NCBI RefSeq assembly: GCF_046105845.1
Contig: NZ_CP151004.1
Reading direction: 5' to 3' (one strand)
Length of the DNA: 64,000 bases
From: Escherichia coli
Lineage (GTDB): Bacteria > Pseudomonadota > Gammaproteobacteria > Enterobacterales > Enterobacteriaceae
Shown here: positions 1-12,860 of the stretch, in pieces
Layout of the letters: each line of letters starts with the position of its first letter
Numbering within the stretch: position 1 is the first letter of the stretch
The notes under the pieces: generated by a model
The model's database searches: none
What the model saw: the letters and a program-made list of their open reading frames with translations, nothing else
What the model was told of the DNA's origin: nothing
Position numbers and translations under genes: made by a program

Positions 1-98
<98 letters not shown>

Positions 99-137
99 TC
101 AATTACGGTTTATCCCCGATCCAACGGGGAGCACCAA

Positions 138-671
<534 letters not shown>

Positions 672-857
672 TTAACTTTGTAACGTCATAGAGTCAAAGA
701 AAAAGGCAGCCTGTGGTTGCCTTTTGCCAATAATTCGCACACATTGCGGGTTACTGCTTTATTTTCGTTCAGTGCTGATAACGAACATCAACCTGCAAAA
801 CGAAGCGCATAGTTTAAAATGGCTATCATCAATACGCTATATCTGATGGAAAAAAAT

Positions 858-1442
858 ATGCCTAAACTTATTTTAGCCTCCACCTCGCCCTGGCGTCGCG
901 CTCTTCTGGAAAAACTGCAAATCTCTTTTGAATGTGCAGCACCCGAGGTCGACGAAACTCCACACAGCGACGAATCACCGCGACAGTTGGTGCTTCGACT
1001 GGCACAAGAAAAAGCGCAATCTCTGGCGTCACGTTATCCGGATCATTTAATTATTGGTTCAGACCAGGTATGTGTTCTTGATGGCGAAATCACAGGTAAA
1101 CCGTTAACGGAAGAAAATGCCCGTCTGCAATTACGTAAAGCCAGCGGCAATATCGTCACCTTCTATACTGGACTGGCGTTGTTTAATTCGGCGAATGGGC
1201 ATCTGCAAACAGAAGTGGAGCCTTTTGACGTCCATTTCCGTCACCTGAGCGAGGCGGAGATTGATAATTACGTGCGTAAAGAGCATCCCCTGCACTGCGC
1301 GGGTAGCTTTAAGAGTGAAGGATTTGGCATTACTCTGTTTGAGCGTTTAGAGGGGCGTGATCCTAACACGCTGGTTGGTTTACCGCTAATCGCGCTGTGT
1401 CAGATGTTACGTCGGGAAGGGAAAAACCCGCTGATGGGATAG
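858..1442 (+). CDS. yceF: Maf-like nucleotide pyrophosphatase YceF
   Basis: Track ORF 819-1442; known protein starts at [14 protein letters not shown] (194 aa), so start placed at 858. Confidence 0.9.
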   Translation: MPKLILASTSPWRRALLEKLQISFECAAPEVDETPHSDESPRQLVLRLAQEKAQSLASRYPDHLIIGSDQVCVLDGEITGKPLTEENARLQLRKASGNIVTFYTGLALFNSANGHLQTEVEPFDVHFRHLSEAEIDNYVRKEHPLHCAGSFKSEGFGITLFERLEGRDPNTLVGLPLIALCQMLRREGKNPLMG

Positions 1443-1450
1443 TTGTTTGC

Positions 1451-1522
1451 GCCGGATGCGGTTACTTCGCATCCGGCAATCGGTGCTGGCGGCCTGATGC
1501 GGCGTAAACGCCTTATCAGGCC
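1451..1522. repeat. REP/BIME palindromic units in the yceF-rluC convergent intergenic region
   Basis: Two imperfect palindromes of the GCCGGATGCGG...CGCATCCGGC and GGCCTGATGCGGCGTAAACGCCTTATCAGGCC type. Confidence 0.6.
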
Positions 1523-1553
1523 AACCGCCCATTATCAGGTTTATATGCTTGTA

Positions 1554-2513
1554 TTAGCGCGCGTTACGCAGCTTTTGCAAACAACGCTTCAAACCTTCAT
1601 CCATCGGCGCTTCGATACGCATCACCTCACCGGTCCCCGGATGAGTAAACTTCAACGCTGCAGCGTGCAGGAACAGGCGATTTAATCCCGTGCCTGCTTC
1701 AGTGAGCTGTCTGTCAAATTCACGGTCACCGTAGCGATCGTCAAAGGCAATCGGATGACCCGCATACTGTGTATGAACACGGATCTGATGAGTACGCCCT
1801 GTTACCGGGCTACAACGCACCAGGGTGGCAAAAGCATAGCGTTCTTCCACTTTAAAGCGTGTTTCCGACGGTTTGCCTTCCTGACTCACACGCACGATAC
1901 GTTCGCCGCTTTGCAGAATATTTTTCAGCAACGGCGCTTGAACGCTCTTCACATGCGACTGCCACTGACCGCGCACCAGCGCCAGGTAATCTTTTTGCAT
2001 CCCTTTTTCACGTAATTGCTCATGCAGAGAACGCAACGCCGAGCGTTTTTTCGCTACCAGCAACACACCTGAAGTGTCCCGGTCGAGACGATGAACCAGT
2101 TCAAGGAACCGCGCTTCCGGGCGCAACGCCCGCAAACCTTCGATAACGCCGAAGCTTAAACCACTGCCGCCATGTACCGCCGTACCGGAAGGTTTATTCA
2201 GCACCAGGATATGGTCATCTTCATATAAGATGACGTCCGCCAGCGCTGCCACCTTTTGCAGATGTGGCGAAACCGCCTCTTCTTCCCGCTCAGCAACGCG
2301 AACCGGTGGGATACGCACCTCATCACCCGCTTCGAGTTTATATTCAGGCTTAATACGTTTTTTGTTCACCCGCACTTCGCCTTTACGCAAAATACGGTAA
2401 ATCATACTTTTTGGTACGCCTTTCAATTGGGTACGCAAAAAGTTATCGATACGTTGCCCCGCTTCGTCAGCGGTGATAGCAACAATTTTTACGGATGGAG
2501 TCTCTGTTTTCAT
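1554..2513 (-). CDS. rluC: 23S rRNA pseudouridine(955/2504/2580) synthase RluC
   Basis: 319-aa ORF, full-length match to RluC (S4 domain plus pseudouridine synthase core HRLDRDTSG). Confidence 0.92.
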   Translation of the reverse strand: MKTETPSVKIVAITADEAGQRIDNFLRTQLKGVPKSMIYRILRKGEVRVNKKRIKPEYKLEAGDEVRIPPVRVAEREEEAVSPHLQKVAALADVILYEDDHILVLNKPSGTAVHGGSGLSFGVIEGLRALRPEARFLELVHRLDRDTSGVLLVAKKRSALRSLHEQLREKGMQKDYLALVRGQWQSHVKSVQAPLLKNILQSGERIVRVSQEGKPSETRFKVEERYAFATLVRCSPVTGRTHQIRVHTQYAGHPIAFDDRYGDREFDRQLTEAGTGLNRLFLHAAALKFTHPGTGEVMRIEAPMDEGLKRCLQKLRNAR

Positions 2514-2639
2514 GGTGGGCGATTCTAATTAGCCAACAGGATTCGCGCCACTCATTTTTCTATGCTTATATTTAGTTTTGCACCTTATTACTTCACTACG
2601 TGATCACTTTATTGATGGTTATTAAACCAATTACCAGCA

Positions 2640-3085
2640 AGAAGTGAAAAAACTGTGAGTAAGCGGGTGATAAATGGTAAAAGTCATCTTGCTATAACAA
2701 GGCTTGCAGTGGAATAATGAGGCCGTTTCCGTGTCCATCCTTGTTAAAACAAGAAATTTTACGGAATAACCCATTTTGCCCGACCGATCATCCACGCAGC
2801 AATGGCGTAAGACGTATTGATCTTTCAGGCAGTTAGCGGGCTGCGGGTTGCAGTCCTTACCGGTAGATGGAAATATTTCTGGAGAGTAATACCCAGTCTG
2901 TTTCTTTGATAATTGCGCTGTTTTTCCGCATGAAAAACGGGCAACCGACACTCTGCGCCTCTTTGAGCTGACGATAACCGTGAGGTTGGCGACGCGACTA
3001 GACACGAGGCCATCGGTTCACACCCGGAAAGGCGTTACTTTGCCCGCAGCTTAGTCGTCAATGTAAGAATAATGAGTAAGTTACG
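2640..3085 (+). promoter_or_regulatory. rne promoter and long structured 5' leader (RNase E autoregulation region); boundaries approximate
   Basis: About 450 bp of non-coding sequence directly upstream of rne; the long autoregulatory rne leader is established knowledge; promoter elements not mapped here. Confidence 0.4.
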
Positions 3086-6000
3086 ATGAAAAGAATGTTA
3101 ATCAACGCAACTCAGCAGGAAGAGTTGCGCGTTGCCCTTGTAGATGGGCAGCGTCTGTATGACCTGGATATCGAAAGTCCAGGGCACGAGCAGAAAAAGG
3201 CAAACATCTACAAAGGTAAAATCACCCGCATTGAACCGAGTCTGGAAGCTGCTTTTGTTGATTACGGCGCTGAACGTCACGGTTTCCTCCCACTAAAAGA
3301 AATTGCCCGCGAATATTTCCCTGCTAACTACAGTGCTCATGGTCGCCCCAACATTAAAGATGTGTTGCGTGAAGGTCAGGAAGTCATTGTTCAGATCGAT
3401 AAAGAAGAGCGCGGCAACAAAGGCGCGGCATTAACCACCTTTATCAGTCTGGCGGGTAGCTATCTGGTTCTGATGCCGAACAACCCGCGCGCGGGTGGCA
3501 TTTCTCGTCGTATCGAAGGCGACGACCGTACCGAATTAAAAGAAGCACTGGCAAGCCTTGAACTGCCGGAAGGCATGGGGCTTATCGTGCGCACCGCTGG
3601 CGTCGGCAAATCTGCTGAGGCGCTGCAATGGGATTTAAGCTTCCGTCTGAAACACTGGGAAGCCATCAAAAAAGCCGCTGAAAGCCGCCCAGCTCCGTTC
3701 CTGATTCATCAGGAGAGCAACGTAATCGTTCGCGCATTCCGCGATTACTTACGTCAGGACATCGGCGAAATCCTTATCGATAACCCGAAAGTGCTCGAAC
3801 TGGCACGCCAGCATATCGCTGCATTAGGTCGCCCGGATTTCAGCAGCAAAATCAAACTGTACACCGGCGAGATCCCGCTGTTCAGCCACTACCAGATCGA
3901 GTCACAGATTGAGTCCGCCTTCCAGCGTGAAGTTCGTCTGCCATCCGGTGGTTCCATTGTTATCGACAGCACCGAAGCGTTAACGGCCATCGACATCAAC
4001 TCCGCACGCGCGACCCGCGGCGGCGATATCGAAGAAACCGCGTTTAACACTAACCTCGAAGCTGCCGATGAGATTGCTCGTCAGCTGCGCCTGCGTGACC
4101 TCGGCGGCCTGATTGTTATCGACTTCATCGACATGACGCCAGTACGCCACCAGCGTGCGGTAGAAAACCGTCTGCGTGAAGCGGTGCGTCAGGACCGTGC
4201 GCGTATTCAAATCAGCCATATTTCTCGCTTTGGCCTGCTGGAAATGTCCCGTCAGCGCCTGAGCCCATCACTGGGTGAATCCAGCCATCACGTCTGCCCG
4301 CGCTGCTCCGGTACCGGTACCGTGCGTGACAACGAATCGCTGTCGCTCTCTATTCTGCGTCTGATCGAAGAAGAAGCGCTGAAAGAGAACACCCAGGAAG
4401 TTCACGCCATTGTTCCTGTGCCAATCGCTTCTTACCTGCTGAATGAAAAACGTTCTGCAGTGAATGCGATTGAAACTCGTCAGGACGGCGTGCGCTGTGT
4501 GATTGTGCCAAACGATCAGATGGAAACCCCGCACTACCATGTGCTGCGCGTGCGTAAAGGGGAAGAAACTCCAACCTTAAGCTACATGCTGCCGAAGCTG
4601 CATGAAGAAGCGATGGCGCTGCCGTCTGAAGAAGAGTTCGCTGAACGTAAGCGTCCTGAACAACCTGCGCTGGCAACCTTTGCCATGCCGGATGTGCCGC
4701 CAGCTCCAACCCCAGCTGAACCTGCCGCGCCTGTTGTAGCCCCAGCACCTAAAGCTGCAACGGCAACACCAGCATCTCCTGCACAACCAGGGTTGTTGAG
4801 CCGCTTCTTCGGCGCACTGAAAGCGCTGTTCAGCGGTGGTGAAGAAACCAAACCGGCCGAGCAACCAGCACCGAAAGCAGAAGCGAAACCGGAACGTCAA
4901 CAGGATCGTCGCAAGCCTCGTCAGAACAACCGCCGTGACCGTAATGAGCGCCGCGACACCCGTAGTGAACGTACTGAAGGCAGCGATAATCGCGAAGAAA
5001 ACCGTCGTAATCGTCGCCAGGCACAGCAGCAGACTGCCGAGACGCGTGAGAGCCGTCAGCAGGCTGAGGTAACGGAAAAAGCACGTACCACCGACGAGCA
5101 GCAAGCGCCGCGTCGTGAACGTAGCCGCCGCCGTAACGATGATAAACGTCAGGCGCAACAAGAAGCGAAGGCGCTGAATGTTGAAGAGCAATCTGTTCAG
5201 GAAACCGAACAGGAAGAACGTGTACGTCCAGTTCAGCCGCGTCGTAAACAGCGTCAGCTCAATCAGAAAGTGCGTTACGAGCAAAGCGTAGCCGAAGAAG
5301 CGGTAGTCGCACCGGTGGTTGAAGAAACTGTCGCTGCCGAACCAATTGTTCAGGAAGCGCCAGCTCCACGCACAGAACTGGTGAAAGTCCCGCTGCCAGT
5401 CGTAGCGCAAGCTGCACCAGAACAGCAAGAAGAGAACAATGCCGATAACCGTGACAACGGTGGCATGCCGCGTCGTTCTCGCCGCTCGCCTCGTCACCTG
5501 CGCGTGAGTGGTCAGCGTCGTCGTCGCTATCGTGACGAGCGTTATCCAACCCAATCGCCAATGCCGTTGACCGTAGCGTGCGCATCTCCGGAACTGGCCT
5601 CTGGCAAAGTCTGGATCCGCTATCCAATTGTACGTCCGCAAGATGTACAGGTCGAAGAGCAGCGCGAACAGGAAGAAGTACAAGTGCAGCCGATGGTGAC
5701 TGAGGTCCCTGTCGCCGCCGCTGTCGAACCTGTTGTTAGCGCACCGGTTGTTGAAGAAGTGGCTGAAGTTGTAGAAGCACCCGTTCATGTTGCCGAACCG
5801 CAACCGGAAGTGGTTGAAACGACGCATCCTGAAGTAATTGCCGCCGCGGTAACTGAACAGCCGCAGGTGATTACCGAGTCTGATGTTGCCGTAGCCCAGG
5901 AAGTTGCAGAACACGCAGAACCGGTGGTTGAACCGCAGGAAGAGACGGCTGATATTGAAGAAGTTGCCGAAACTGCTGAGGTTGTGGTTGCTGAACCTGA

Positions 6001-6271
6001 AGTTGTTGCTCAACCTGCCGCGCCAGTCGTCGCTGAAGTCGCAGCAGAAGTTGAAACGGTAGCCGCGGTTAAACCTGAGGTCACCGTTGAGCATAACCAC
6101 GCTACCGCGCCAATGACGCGCGCTCCGGCACCGGAATATGTTCCGGAGGCACCGCGTCACAGTGACTGGCAGCGCCCTACTTTTGCCTTCGAAGGTAAAG
6201 GTGCTGCAGGTGGTCATACGGCAACACATCATGCCTCTGCCGCTCCTGCGCGTCCGCAACCTGTTGAGTAA
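3086..6271 (+). CDS. rne: Ribonuclease E
   Basis: 1061-aa ORF; N-terminal catalytic domain ([30 protein letters not shown]...) and Arg/Pro/Glu-rich low-complexity C-terminal scaffold. Confidence 0.97.
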   Translation: MKRMLINATQQEELRVALVDGQRLYDLDIESPGHEQKKANIYKGKITRIEPSLEAAFVDYGAERHGFLPLKEIAREYFPANYSAHGRPNIKDVLREGQEVIVQIDKEERGNKGAALTTFISLAGSYLVLMPNNPRAGGISRRIEGDDRTELKEALASLELPEGMGLIVRTAGVGKSAEALQWDLSFRLKHWEAIKKAAESRPAPFLIHQESNVIVRAFRDYLRQDIGEILIDNPKVLELARQHIAALGRPDFSSKIKLYTGEIPLFSHYQIESQIESAFQREVRLPSGGSIVIDSTEALTAIDINSARATRGGDIEETAFNTNLEAADEIARQLRLRDLGGLIVIDFIDMTPVRHQRAVENRLREAVRQDRARIQISHISRFGLLEMSRQRLSPSLGESSHHVCPRCSGTGTVRDNESLSLSILRLIEEEALKENTQEVHAIVPVPIASYLLNEKRSAVNAIETRQDGVRCVIVPNDQMETPHYHVLRVRKGEETPTLSYMLPKLHEEAMALPSEEEFAERKRPEQPALATFAMPDVPPAPTPAEPAAPVVAPAPKAATATPASPAQPGLLSRFFGALKALFSGGEETKPAEQPAPKAEAKPERQQDRRKPRQNNRRDRNERRDTRSERTEGSDNREENRRNRRQAQQQTAETRESRQQAEVTEKARTTDEQQAPRRERSRRRNDDKRQAQQEAKALNVEEQSVQETEQEERVRPVQPRRKQRQLNQKVRYEQSVAEEAVVAPVVEETVAAEPIVQEAPAPRTELVKVPLPVVAQAAPEQQEENNADNRDNGGMPRRSRRSPRHLRVSGQRRRRYRDERYPTQSPMPLTVACASPELASGKVWIRYPIVRPQDVQVEEQREQEEVQVQPMVTEVPVAAAVEPVVSAPVVEEVAEVVEAPVHVAEPQPEVVETTHPEVIAAAVTEQPQVITESDVAVAQEVAEHAEPVVEPQEETADIEEVAETAEVVVAEPEVVAQPAAPVVAEVAAEVETVAAVKPEVTVEHNHATAPMTRAPAPEYVPEAPRHSDWQRPTFAFEGKGAAGGHTATHHASAAPARPQPVE

Positions 6272-6290
6272 AAATTAGCTCAAGTAATCA

Positions 6291-6320
6291 AGCCCTGGTA
6301 ACTGCCAGGGCTTTTTTATT
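6291..6320 (+). terminator. Rho-independent terminator of rne
   Basis: Hairpin AGCCCTGGTAACTGCCAGGGCT followed by TTTTTTATTT, 20 bp after the rne stop. Confidence 0.6.
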
Positions 6321-6384
6321 TCATGTTTGAATCAACATATTAAAATTCATCAAATGGCATCCTTGCTAACCAACAATGCAAAAT

Positions 6385-6425
6385 AGGCAAAAAAAATGCC
6401 CGCCCCGGCGATCCCAGAGCGGGCA
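6385..6425 (-). terminator. Rho-independent terminator of flgL
   Basis: On the minus strand, stem GCCCGC/GCGGGC followed by a T-run (A-run 6385-6396 on plus), just downstream of the flgL stop. Confidence 0.5.
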
Positions 6426-6466
6426 GACAAAACATACCCAGTTTCATGATATGTTTTAAAGCGAGC

Positions 6467-7420
6467 TTATTTGTTGAGCTGGAAGAGCGACAATCCCTGC
6501 ATATCGGTAAATGCTTTATACGATGCTTGCAATGCCGTTTGCTGCATGATGTAAGATGAAATAGTTGCATTCCAGTCCACATCAACCAGATCGCTCATCT
6601 GCTGCGTTTGCCCTAAAGCGCGATCGCTACCTAATGAATCCAGCGACTCCAGTTCGTTCAGCTGCGTGCCTAATTCCGCGCGAACAGTCAGCACATTGTT
6701 CAGCGAGTTTTTCAGTCCGCGGTTGGTTTTATCCAGTGCCGCAGCGGCGGTTTCTTTATCCGCTTCGCTATCCGCGACCGGCGTTTTCAGGGCTGCGATG
6801 GCGCTATCCAGCATGGCAAAAAGATTGGTTTCAGAAGCGCTACCGTCTGGTTCCGCTACCGCGTTGCTGGTAATACTGTCGAAAATTTTGTCACCCGTGT
6901 GCCCTATCACCATCGAACGCGAAGCATCGACCTGTTGTTTAATACTTTCTGCTCCGCCTTCGTATTTGCCATCCGCCTCGCTAAACGGTGCAGATTCTGT
7001 TTTATAACCGGCAAAAATGTAGCGCCCGTTACCGTCAGTGGTGTTCGCCAGATTCAGCAACTGGTCACGAAGCCCCTGAATATCCGTAGCCAGCGAGGCC
7101 CGGTCATCGTCACTCAAGGTGCCATTGCTGGCGTAGACAATTTTTTCCTGAGCATTCTGGATAGCAGTGGTGACCTGGCTAAGTACACTCTCTTCCAGTG
7201 ACACTTTTTGAGTGGCGAAAGTACGCGCCAGCGTGTACTGGCTGTTTTGCGCCTGTGCCTGGGAGAGAACAACAGCTTGTGATGCAGCAATGGGATCATC
7301 TGAAGGGTTAACGACTCGCTTACCCGTCGACATCTGTTCACCGTACTTCATCCATTCTGCCTGAGAATTGGTGATGCCGCGCATGTTTTGCTGGTACATC
7401 ATCTGGGTACTGAAACGCAT
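6467..7420 (-). CDS. flgL: Flagellar hook-associated protein 3
   Basis: 317-aa ORF; flagellin-like N/C termini; last gene of the flgB-L operon order. Confidence 0.95.
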   Translation of the reverse strand: MRFSTQMMYQQNMRGITNSQAEWMKYGEQMSTGKRVVNPSDDPIAASQAVVLSQAQAQNSQYTLARTFATQKVSLEESVLSQVTTAIQNAQEKIVYASNGTLSDDDRASLATDIQGLRDQLLNLANTTDGNGRYIFAGYKTESAPFSEADGKYEGGAESIKQQVDASRSMVIGHTGDKIFDSITSNAVAEPDGSASETNLFAMLDSAIAALKTPVADSEADKETAAAALDKTNRGLKNSLNNVLTVRAELGTQLNELESLDSLGSDRALGQTQQMSDLVDVDWNATISSYIMQQTALQASYKAFTDMQGLSLFQLNK

Positions 7421-7431
7421 TTTATCTCCCC

Positions 7432-9075
7432 TTAGCGAATGTTAATCAGCGCATCAAAAATCGCGTTTGCCGTCTGCAGAACCTGCGCATTCGCGAGGTA
7501 ATACTGCTGAAAACGTTGCAGATTTCCGTACTCCTCATCGAGATTGACACCGGAAATCGACTGCTGCTGATTGGAAAGCTGCGTCACCACATTCCCTTGC
7601 GTGGTGCTACTGGTTTTCAACGTCGCGGTTTTATTACCGATATCACTCACTAACGAGGCATAAGCGTCGTTAAAGGATTTCGCTCCGCCCACCGTTTTAC
7701 TGTTGCTTTGCAGATCGAGCAGGGCCTGACCGTTGCGGTTGTCGCTATCACCCGCATCTTCTGCGCTCGCCATGGCGATTTTCGCTTCGTCGGTGATTAA
7801 TACATCCATGTTGACGATGGCGTCACTTACCGGTTTCAGCGTGAAGCTGTCGTTAACGGCAGGCGTTCCTGTAAACGTCAACTCCAGACCATCAAATGCC
7901 ACTTTACCGTTGGCATCCGGCGTCACCGTAAAAGTGGTATTACTGGCAAGGCGGGTGACCTGCCACTGATTATTATCGAACGAGATTTTGTAATCTGTCG
8001 CCAGTACCGCGGAGGCATCAGTTACCGTGGCACCGATCGCAACGTCACCTTTGTTTTTCGTGTTTTGCAGAACCGCGGGCTTACCGATAGCAAAGAAATC
8101 TTCACCGGCATCGCCGTTAGCATCAAATCCGGCTTTGTGTTGGGTGTTGAAAGCCTCGGCAAATGCCAGCGCCAGTTGTCCAAGCGTATTACGCGTCTGG
8201 TCAAGATCCTGAGAACGGAATGTCAGAATGCCGCCCAGCGACCCGGTATTCAGTAATTTCTCCGGGATCTCAATATTGCCTGCCGTCCCATCAACATAAG
8301 CGACAGTCGTACGAGAAGGGTCAGCGCTGGAAGGAACTGCCGCCAGTTGCCGAGCCGTACTTCCCTGAACCAGTGAGTAGCCATTGGCCATCGTGATGTT
8401 ATAAGTGCCACCATCCTGAACGCTGACTTCTACGCCAACAATCTGGTTTAATTCGCTCACCAGTTGATCGCGTTGATCCAGCAGATTGTTAGGTGACGCC
8501 CCTGCCCCCACGCCTGTCAGGCGGGAGATCTGATCGTTCAGGCTGGCGATTTGTTTAGCGTAATTGTTGATCTGATCAACGCTGGCACCTATCGCGATAT
8601 TGACCTGTTTGTCCTGGTCGCGCAGATATTGATCGGTGGTTTTAAACTGATTCACCAACCCTTCTGATTTCCCAATCAGCGCCTGGCGCGCTGCCGGATC
8701 TTCCGCGTTACTCACCAGCGTTTGCAGGCTGGTGAAAAAATCCTGCATCTGTGTTGCCAGCGAAGAGGTACTGGTGGAGAGCATATTGTCGATTTTCGAC
8801 ATCTGCTCATAGCGGGCGGTCAGGCCGCTACTTTGCGTCTGCGCAGCACGTAACTGGTTGGTAATAAACGCATCATACTCACGCTGCACACCAGAAACGT
8901 AGACGCCATTGCCAACCCAGCCGCCAGCGCCCAACGTGCTATTGGCCTGCGCCATAATAGTGGTTTGGCGGGTATATCCGGCAACGTTATAGCTGGAGAT
9001 ATTATTACTTGCCGTATTTAACGCCGCCTGGGCCGCGTTCAGTCCGCTCATGGCGTTATTGATCAAGCTGGACAT
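7432..9075 (-). CDS. flgK: Flagellar hook-associated protein 1
   Basis: 547-aa ORF matching FlgK (MSSLINNAMSGLNAAQAALNTASNNISS...). Confidence 0.95.
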   Translation of the reverse strand: MSSLINNAMSGLNAAQAALNTASNNISSYNVAGYTRQTTIMAQANSTLGAGGWVGNGVYVSGVQREYDAFITNQLRAAQTQSSGLTARYEQMSKIDNMLSTSTSSLATQMQDFFTSLQTLVSNAEDPAARQALIGKSEGLVNQFKTTDQYLRDQDKQVNIAIGASVDQINNYAKQIASLNDQISRLTGVGAGASPNNLLDQRDQLVSELNQIVGVEVSVQDGGTYNITMANGYSLVQGSTARQLAAVPSSADPSRTTVAYVDGTAGNIEIPEKLLNTGSLGGILTFRSQDLDQTRNTLGQLALAFAEAFNTQHKAGFDANGDAGEDFFAIGKPAVLQNTKNKGDVAIGATVTDASAVLATDYKISFDNNQWQVTRLASNTTFTVTPDANGKVAFDGLELTFTGTPAVNDSFTLKPVSDAIVNMDVLITDEAKIAMASAEDAGDSDNRNGQALLDLQSNSKTVGGAKSFNDAYASLVSDIGNKTATLKTSSTTQGNVVTQLSNQQQSISGVNLDEEYGNLQRFQQYYLANAQVLQTANAIFDALINIR

Positions 9076-9108
9076 GGAGGTTCCTTATAAGCCTTCAATT
9101 ACAGAGTA

Positions 9109-9135
9109 TTATCGGCAGCGACCCGCCGGACTTGA
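9109..9135 (-). promoter_or_regulatory. Candidate sigma-28 (FliA) class 3 promoter for flgKL
   Basis: Minus-strand -10 GCCGATAA (plus 9109-9116) with an 11-nt spacer to a weak -35 TCAAGTCC (5/8 match to TAAAGTTT), between flgJ and flgK. Confidence 0.4.
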
Positions 9136-9140
9136 GTTAT

Positions 9141-10082
9141 TCAGAACAGATTATCAATGTTCATGCTGTAGGTTTTGCTCACCTTGTCGCTTATCGATTT
9201 CATCTGCTGAATCATGCTGGTGAGTTTGCGGGCATAGTGAGGATCGGTGGCATAGCCCGCGTCCTGTAGGGCCTGCGCCCCCTGCTCCGCACTCGCGGCG
9301 GTCGTCACGGCGGCGTAGCGCGGGTTACGCGTTAACAGCCCAACGTAATCCGACAATGCTTCCAGATACGAGCTGTAGACCCGAAACTTCGCTTTTACTT
9401 TCTTCGCTTCGCCATTTTCATATTCAGTCGTGGTGATTTCAGTGACTGGCCCTTTCCAGTTGCCAGAGGCTTTGACGCCAAACAGGTTATAGCTCGGCTC
9501 GCCGTTTTCACGGCGGATTTGCCGTTGTCCCCAGCCAGATTCCAGCGCCGCCTGAGCGAGGATCAAATGATGTGGCACACCGCTTTGCTGGCTTGCCAGT
9601 TGGGCGGGCAACGAGAGTTGCGCGAGGAATGCTTTACTGTCACCCGGCAGCGAATCATCGTAGTTACGTGGTACGGCCTTTTGCACCAGCTGCGAAAGCG
9701 TCTGATTTTGATAACGCACCACGGTTTCGAGCGGGAATTTCATCGGTGCTGCTGGCGTGGACTCCTCTGGCAATGGTTGTTCTGGCGTCATCTGTTTAAC
9801 CATCATCTCTGCCAGCCCCAGACCTTTGCCCGCCGTTATCTGTTGGGCAATCTGCTGGTCATACATACTGGTATACAGGCGAGTGTGCTCGCTGCTGAAC
9901 AGGCCATCTTTTGGTAAAGCGTCGCGCATGCTTTTCAACATCATCTGCACGAACATCCCTTCCACCTGGCGGGCCACCGGACGGATATTTGCCGCCGGAT
10001 CTTCGCCCGCTTTCGCCTTAAGTTCGTTGAGCGATTGTGCATCCCAGGCCGCACTTGCCAGTAGTTTGCTGTCGCTGATCAT
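9141..10082 (-). CDS. flgJ: Flagellar rod assembly protein / peptidoglycan hydrolase FlgJ
   Basis: Track ORF 9141-10112; known FlgJ starts [16 protein letters not shown] (313 aa), so start set to 10082; its ATG overlaps the flgI stop (ATGA). Confidence 0.9.
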   Translation of the reverse strand: MISDSKLLASAAWDAQSLNELKAKAGEDPAANIRPVARQVEGMFVQMMLKSMRDALPKDGLFSSEHTRLYTSMYDQQIAQQITAGKGLGLAEMMVKQMTPEQPLPEESTPAAPMKFPLETVVRYQNQTLSQLVQKAVPRNYDDSLPGDSKAFLAQLSLPAQLASQQSGVPHHLILAQAALESGWGQRQIRRENGEPSYNLFGVKASGNWKGPVTEITTTEYENGEAKKVKAKFRVYSSYLEALSDYVGLLTRNPRYAAVTTAASAEQGAQALQDAGYATDPHYARKLTSMIQQMKSISDKVSKTYSMNIDNLF

Positions 10083-11182
10083 CAGATGATTTCCAGTTTT
10101 GCCCGCAGACATCCCGCACTTTGCATTGATTGCAGTATGGACATCAGATCCATCGGCGTAGCGCCCAGCGCATTGAGCGCACGCACCACGTTATTGAGGC
10201 TGGCGCTGGAACGTACGCTTTGCAGCGAACCGCCGCTCTGGCGTAAATCGATCTGCGTTTGTGGCGTTACCACGGTCTGCCCACCACCAAACGGTGTATC
10301 TGGCTGGCTGACATTGGCCTGGCGATTAACTGTTACTGAGAGATTCCCCTGCGCTACCGCGCAGCTGTCGAGGGTCACTTCGCGATTCATCACCACCGAA
10401 CCAGTGCGCGAGTTAATCACTACTTTAGCGTCCTGCGGGGTAACATTAACCTGCATATTCTGGATATCGGCAAGGAAACGGACCTGGGAACTGTTGCCAC
10501 TCGGTACGCGCACCTGAATAGTCCGCGCATCTAACGCGGTGGCGCTGCCATATCCACGCACACGGTTGATGGTGTCAGCGATTTGCTGCGCCATACTGAA
10601 ATCTTCGTCGTTAAGTTGCAAATTAAGGGTATTCCCGACGCCAAACTGGCTGGGCAATTCACGTTCAATAACCGCACCATTGGTGATCCGTCCACCGTTC
10701 AGTTGGTTCACCTGAACACTGCTACCGCCAGCGGAGGCCCCTGCGCCGCCAACCAGAATATTGCCCTGCGCCAGCGCATACACCTGACTGTCAACGCCCT
10801 TAAGCGGTGTCATCAATAACGTACCGCCACGCAGACTTTTGGCATTTCCCATGGAAGAAACTACCACGTCAATGGTTTGCCCCTGACGTCCAAACGGTGG
10901 AAGTGACGCTGTCACCATAACCGCAGCGACGTTTTTTAGCTGCATATTAGTGCCCGTCGGAACGGTAATTCCCAGCTGTGAGAGCATGTTATTAAGCGTT
11001 TGTGTGGTAAACGGCGTCTGAGTTGTCTGGTCACCTGTACCATCAAGCCCCACCACCAGGCCATAGCCAATCAGTGAGTTTTGCCTTACCCCCTGAACAC
11101 TGGTGAGATCGCGAATACGCTCAGCCTGAGCCGCCGTGGTAACCAGTAAAAGAATTAATGCAGAGAGAAATTTAATCACCAC
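10082..11182 (-). CDS. flgI: Flagellar P-ring protein
   Basis: 366-aa ORF with signal peptide, matches FlgI. Confidence 0.95.
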
Positions 11183-11190
11183 AGCCTCAC

Positions 11191-11889
11191 TTACATTGGA
11201 GACAGGTTAAGAAAGAAACGCTGCAACCAGCCCATATTTTGCGCTTCGTTAATGTAGCCATTGCCTACGTATTCAATGCGCGCATCCGCCACCTGAGTAG
11301 ACGGTACGGTATTGCTGCCGCTGATAGTGCGTGGATTAACTACACCAGAGAAGCGAATAAATTCGGTACCCTGATTAATGGCGATCTGTTTTTCACCCAC
11401 CACATGCAGGTTGCCGTTGACCAGTACCTGGTCAACCGTCACCGTCAACGTGCCGCTAAAGGTATTGCTGGCATTGGCCCCGCCTTTTCCGTTGAACGTG
11501 TTACCACCGGAGGCTTCGACATCGGCACGAGCGTTACCAAACAGCCCCTGCAAATAGCGCGGCACAGTATCAAAGCCAAAATTAGTTTTACCGTCACGAC
11601 TGGCATTCGCAGAGGAGCTTTTGCTGGCGCTGACGTTCTCCTGCAACACGATGGTCAGCGTATCGCCAATATTGCGTGGTCGACGATCTTCAAACAGCGG
11701 TTGATAACCATAGTTAATCGGCTGAGCAGACTGGAAAATAGAACCGTTGGCGACGGGCGTCGGACCGGGAACCGGTTGTGCACTGGTCGCCCCCTGTACC
11801 AGCGGCGTGGAGGGTATCCAGGCGCAGCTGGTTAGTGAAAGCACCAACAAGCTGGAAATGGCATAAGTATGCGCAGCGTTTTTTTGCAT
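11191..11889 (-). CDS. flgH: Flagellar L-ring lipoprotein
   Basis: Track ORF 11191-11904; known start [20 protein letters not shown] with lipobox; 232 aa. Confidence 0.9.
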
Positions 11890-11941
11890 GGCTATCATCT
11901 TCAAAAATCAGTAAACCGGTGAATCTGCCACCGGTTATGCC

Positions 11942-12787
<846 letters not shown>

Positions 12788-12860
12788 TCACCCTAACCTC
12801 TCCCAAAATGGGCGAGAGAATAGTCCGCGCGCTTTTATTGCAATGTCATCAATCGTTTAA

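Noticed and set aside
4577-6259. 560-aa ORF on the minus strand, with further antisense ORFs at 4350-4748, 4582-4851, 4830-5084 and 5259-5627
   Set aside because: They lie entirely antisense to the low-complexity, GC-rich C-terminal half of rne; open frames are expected there by composition, and the products are Arg/Cys/Phe-rich nonsense.
11239-11835. 198-aa plus-strand ORF, with similar long antisense ORFs at 12883-13272, 9519-9917, 36348-36551 and 57246-57893
   Set aside because: All are fully antisense to well-supported conserved genes (flgH, flgF, flgJ, opgH, efeU) with no start-site support.
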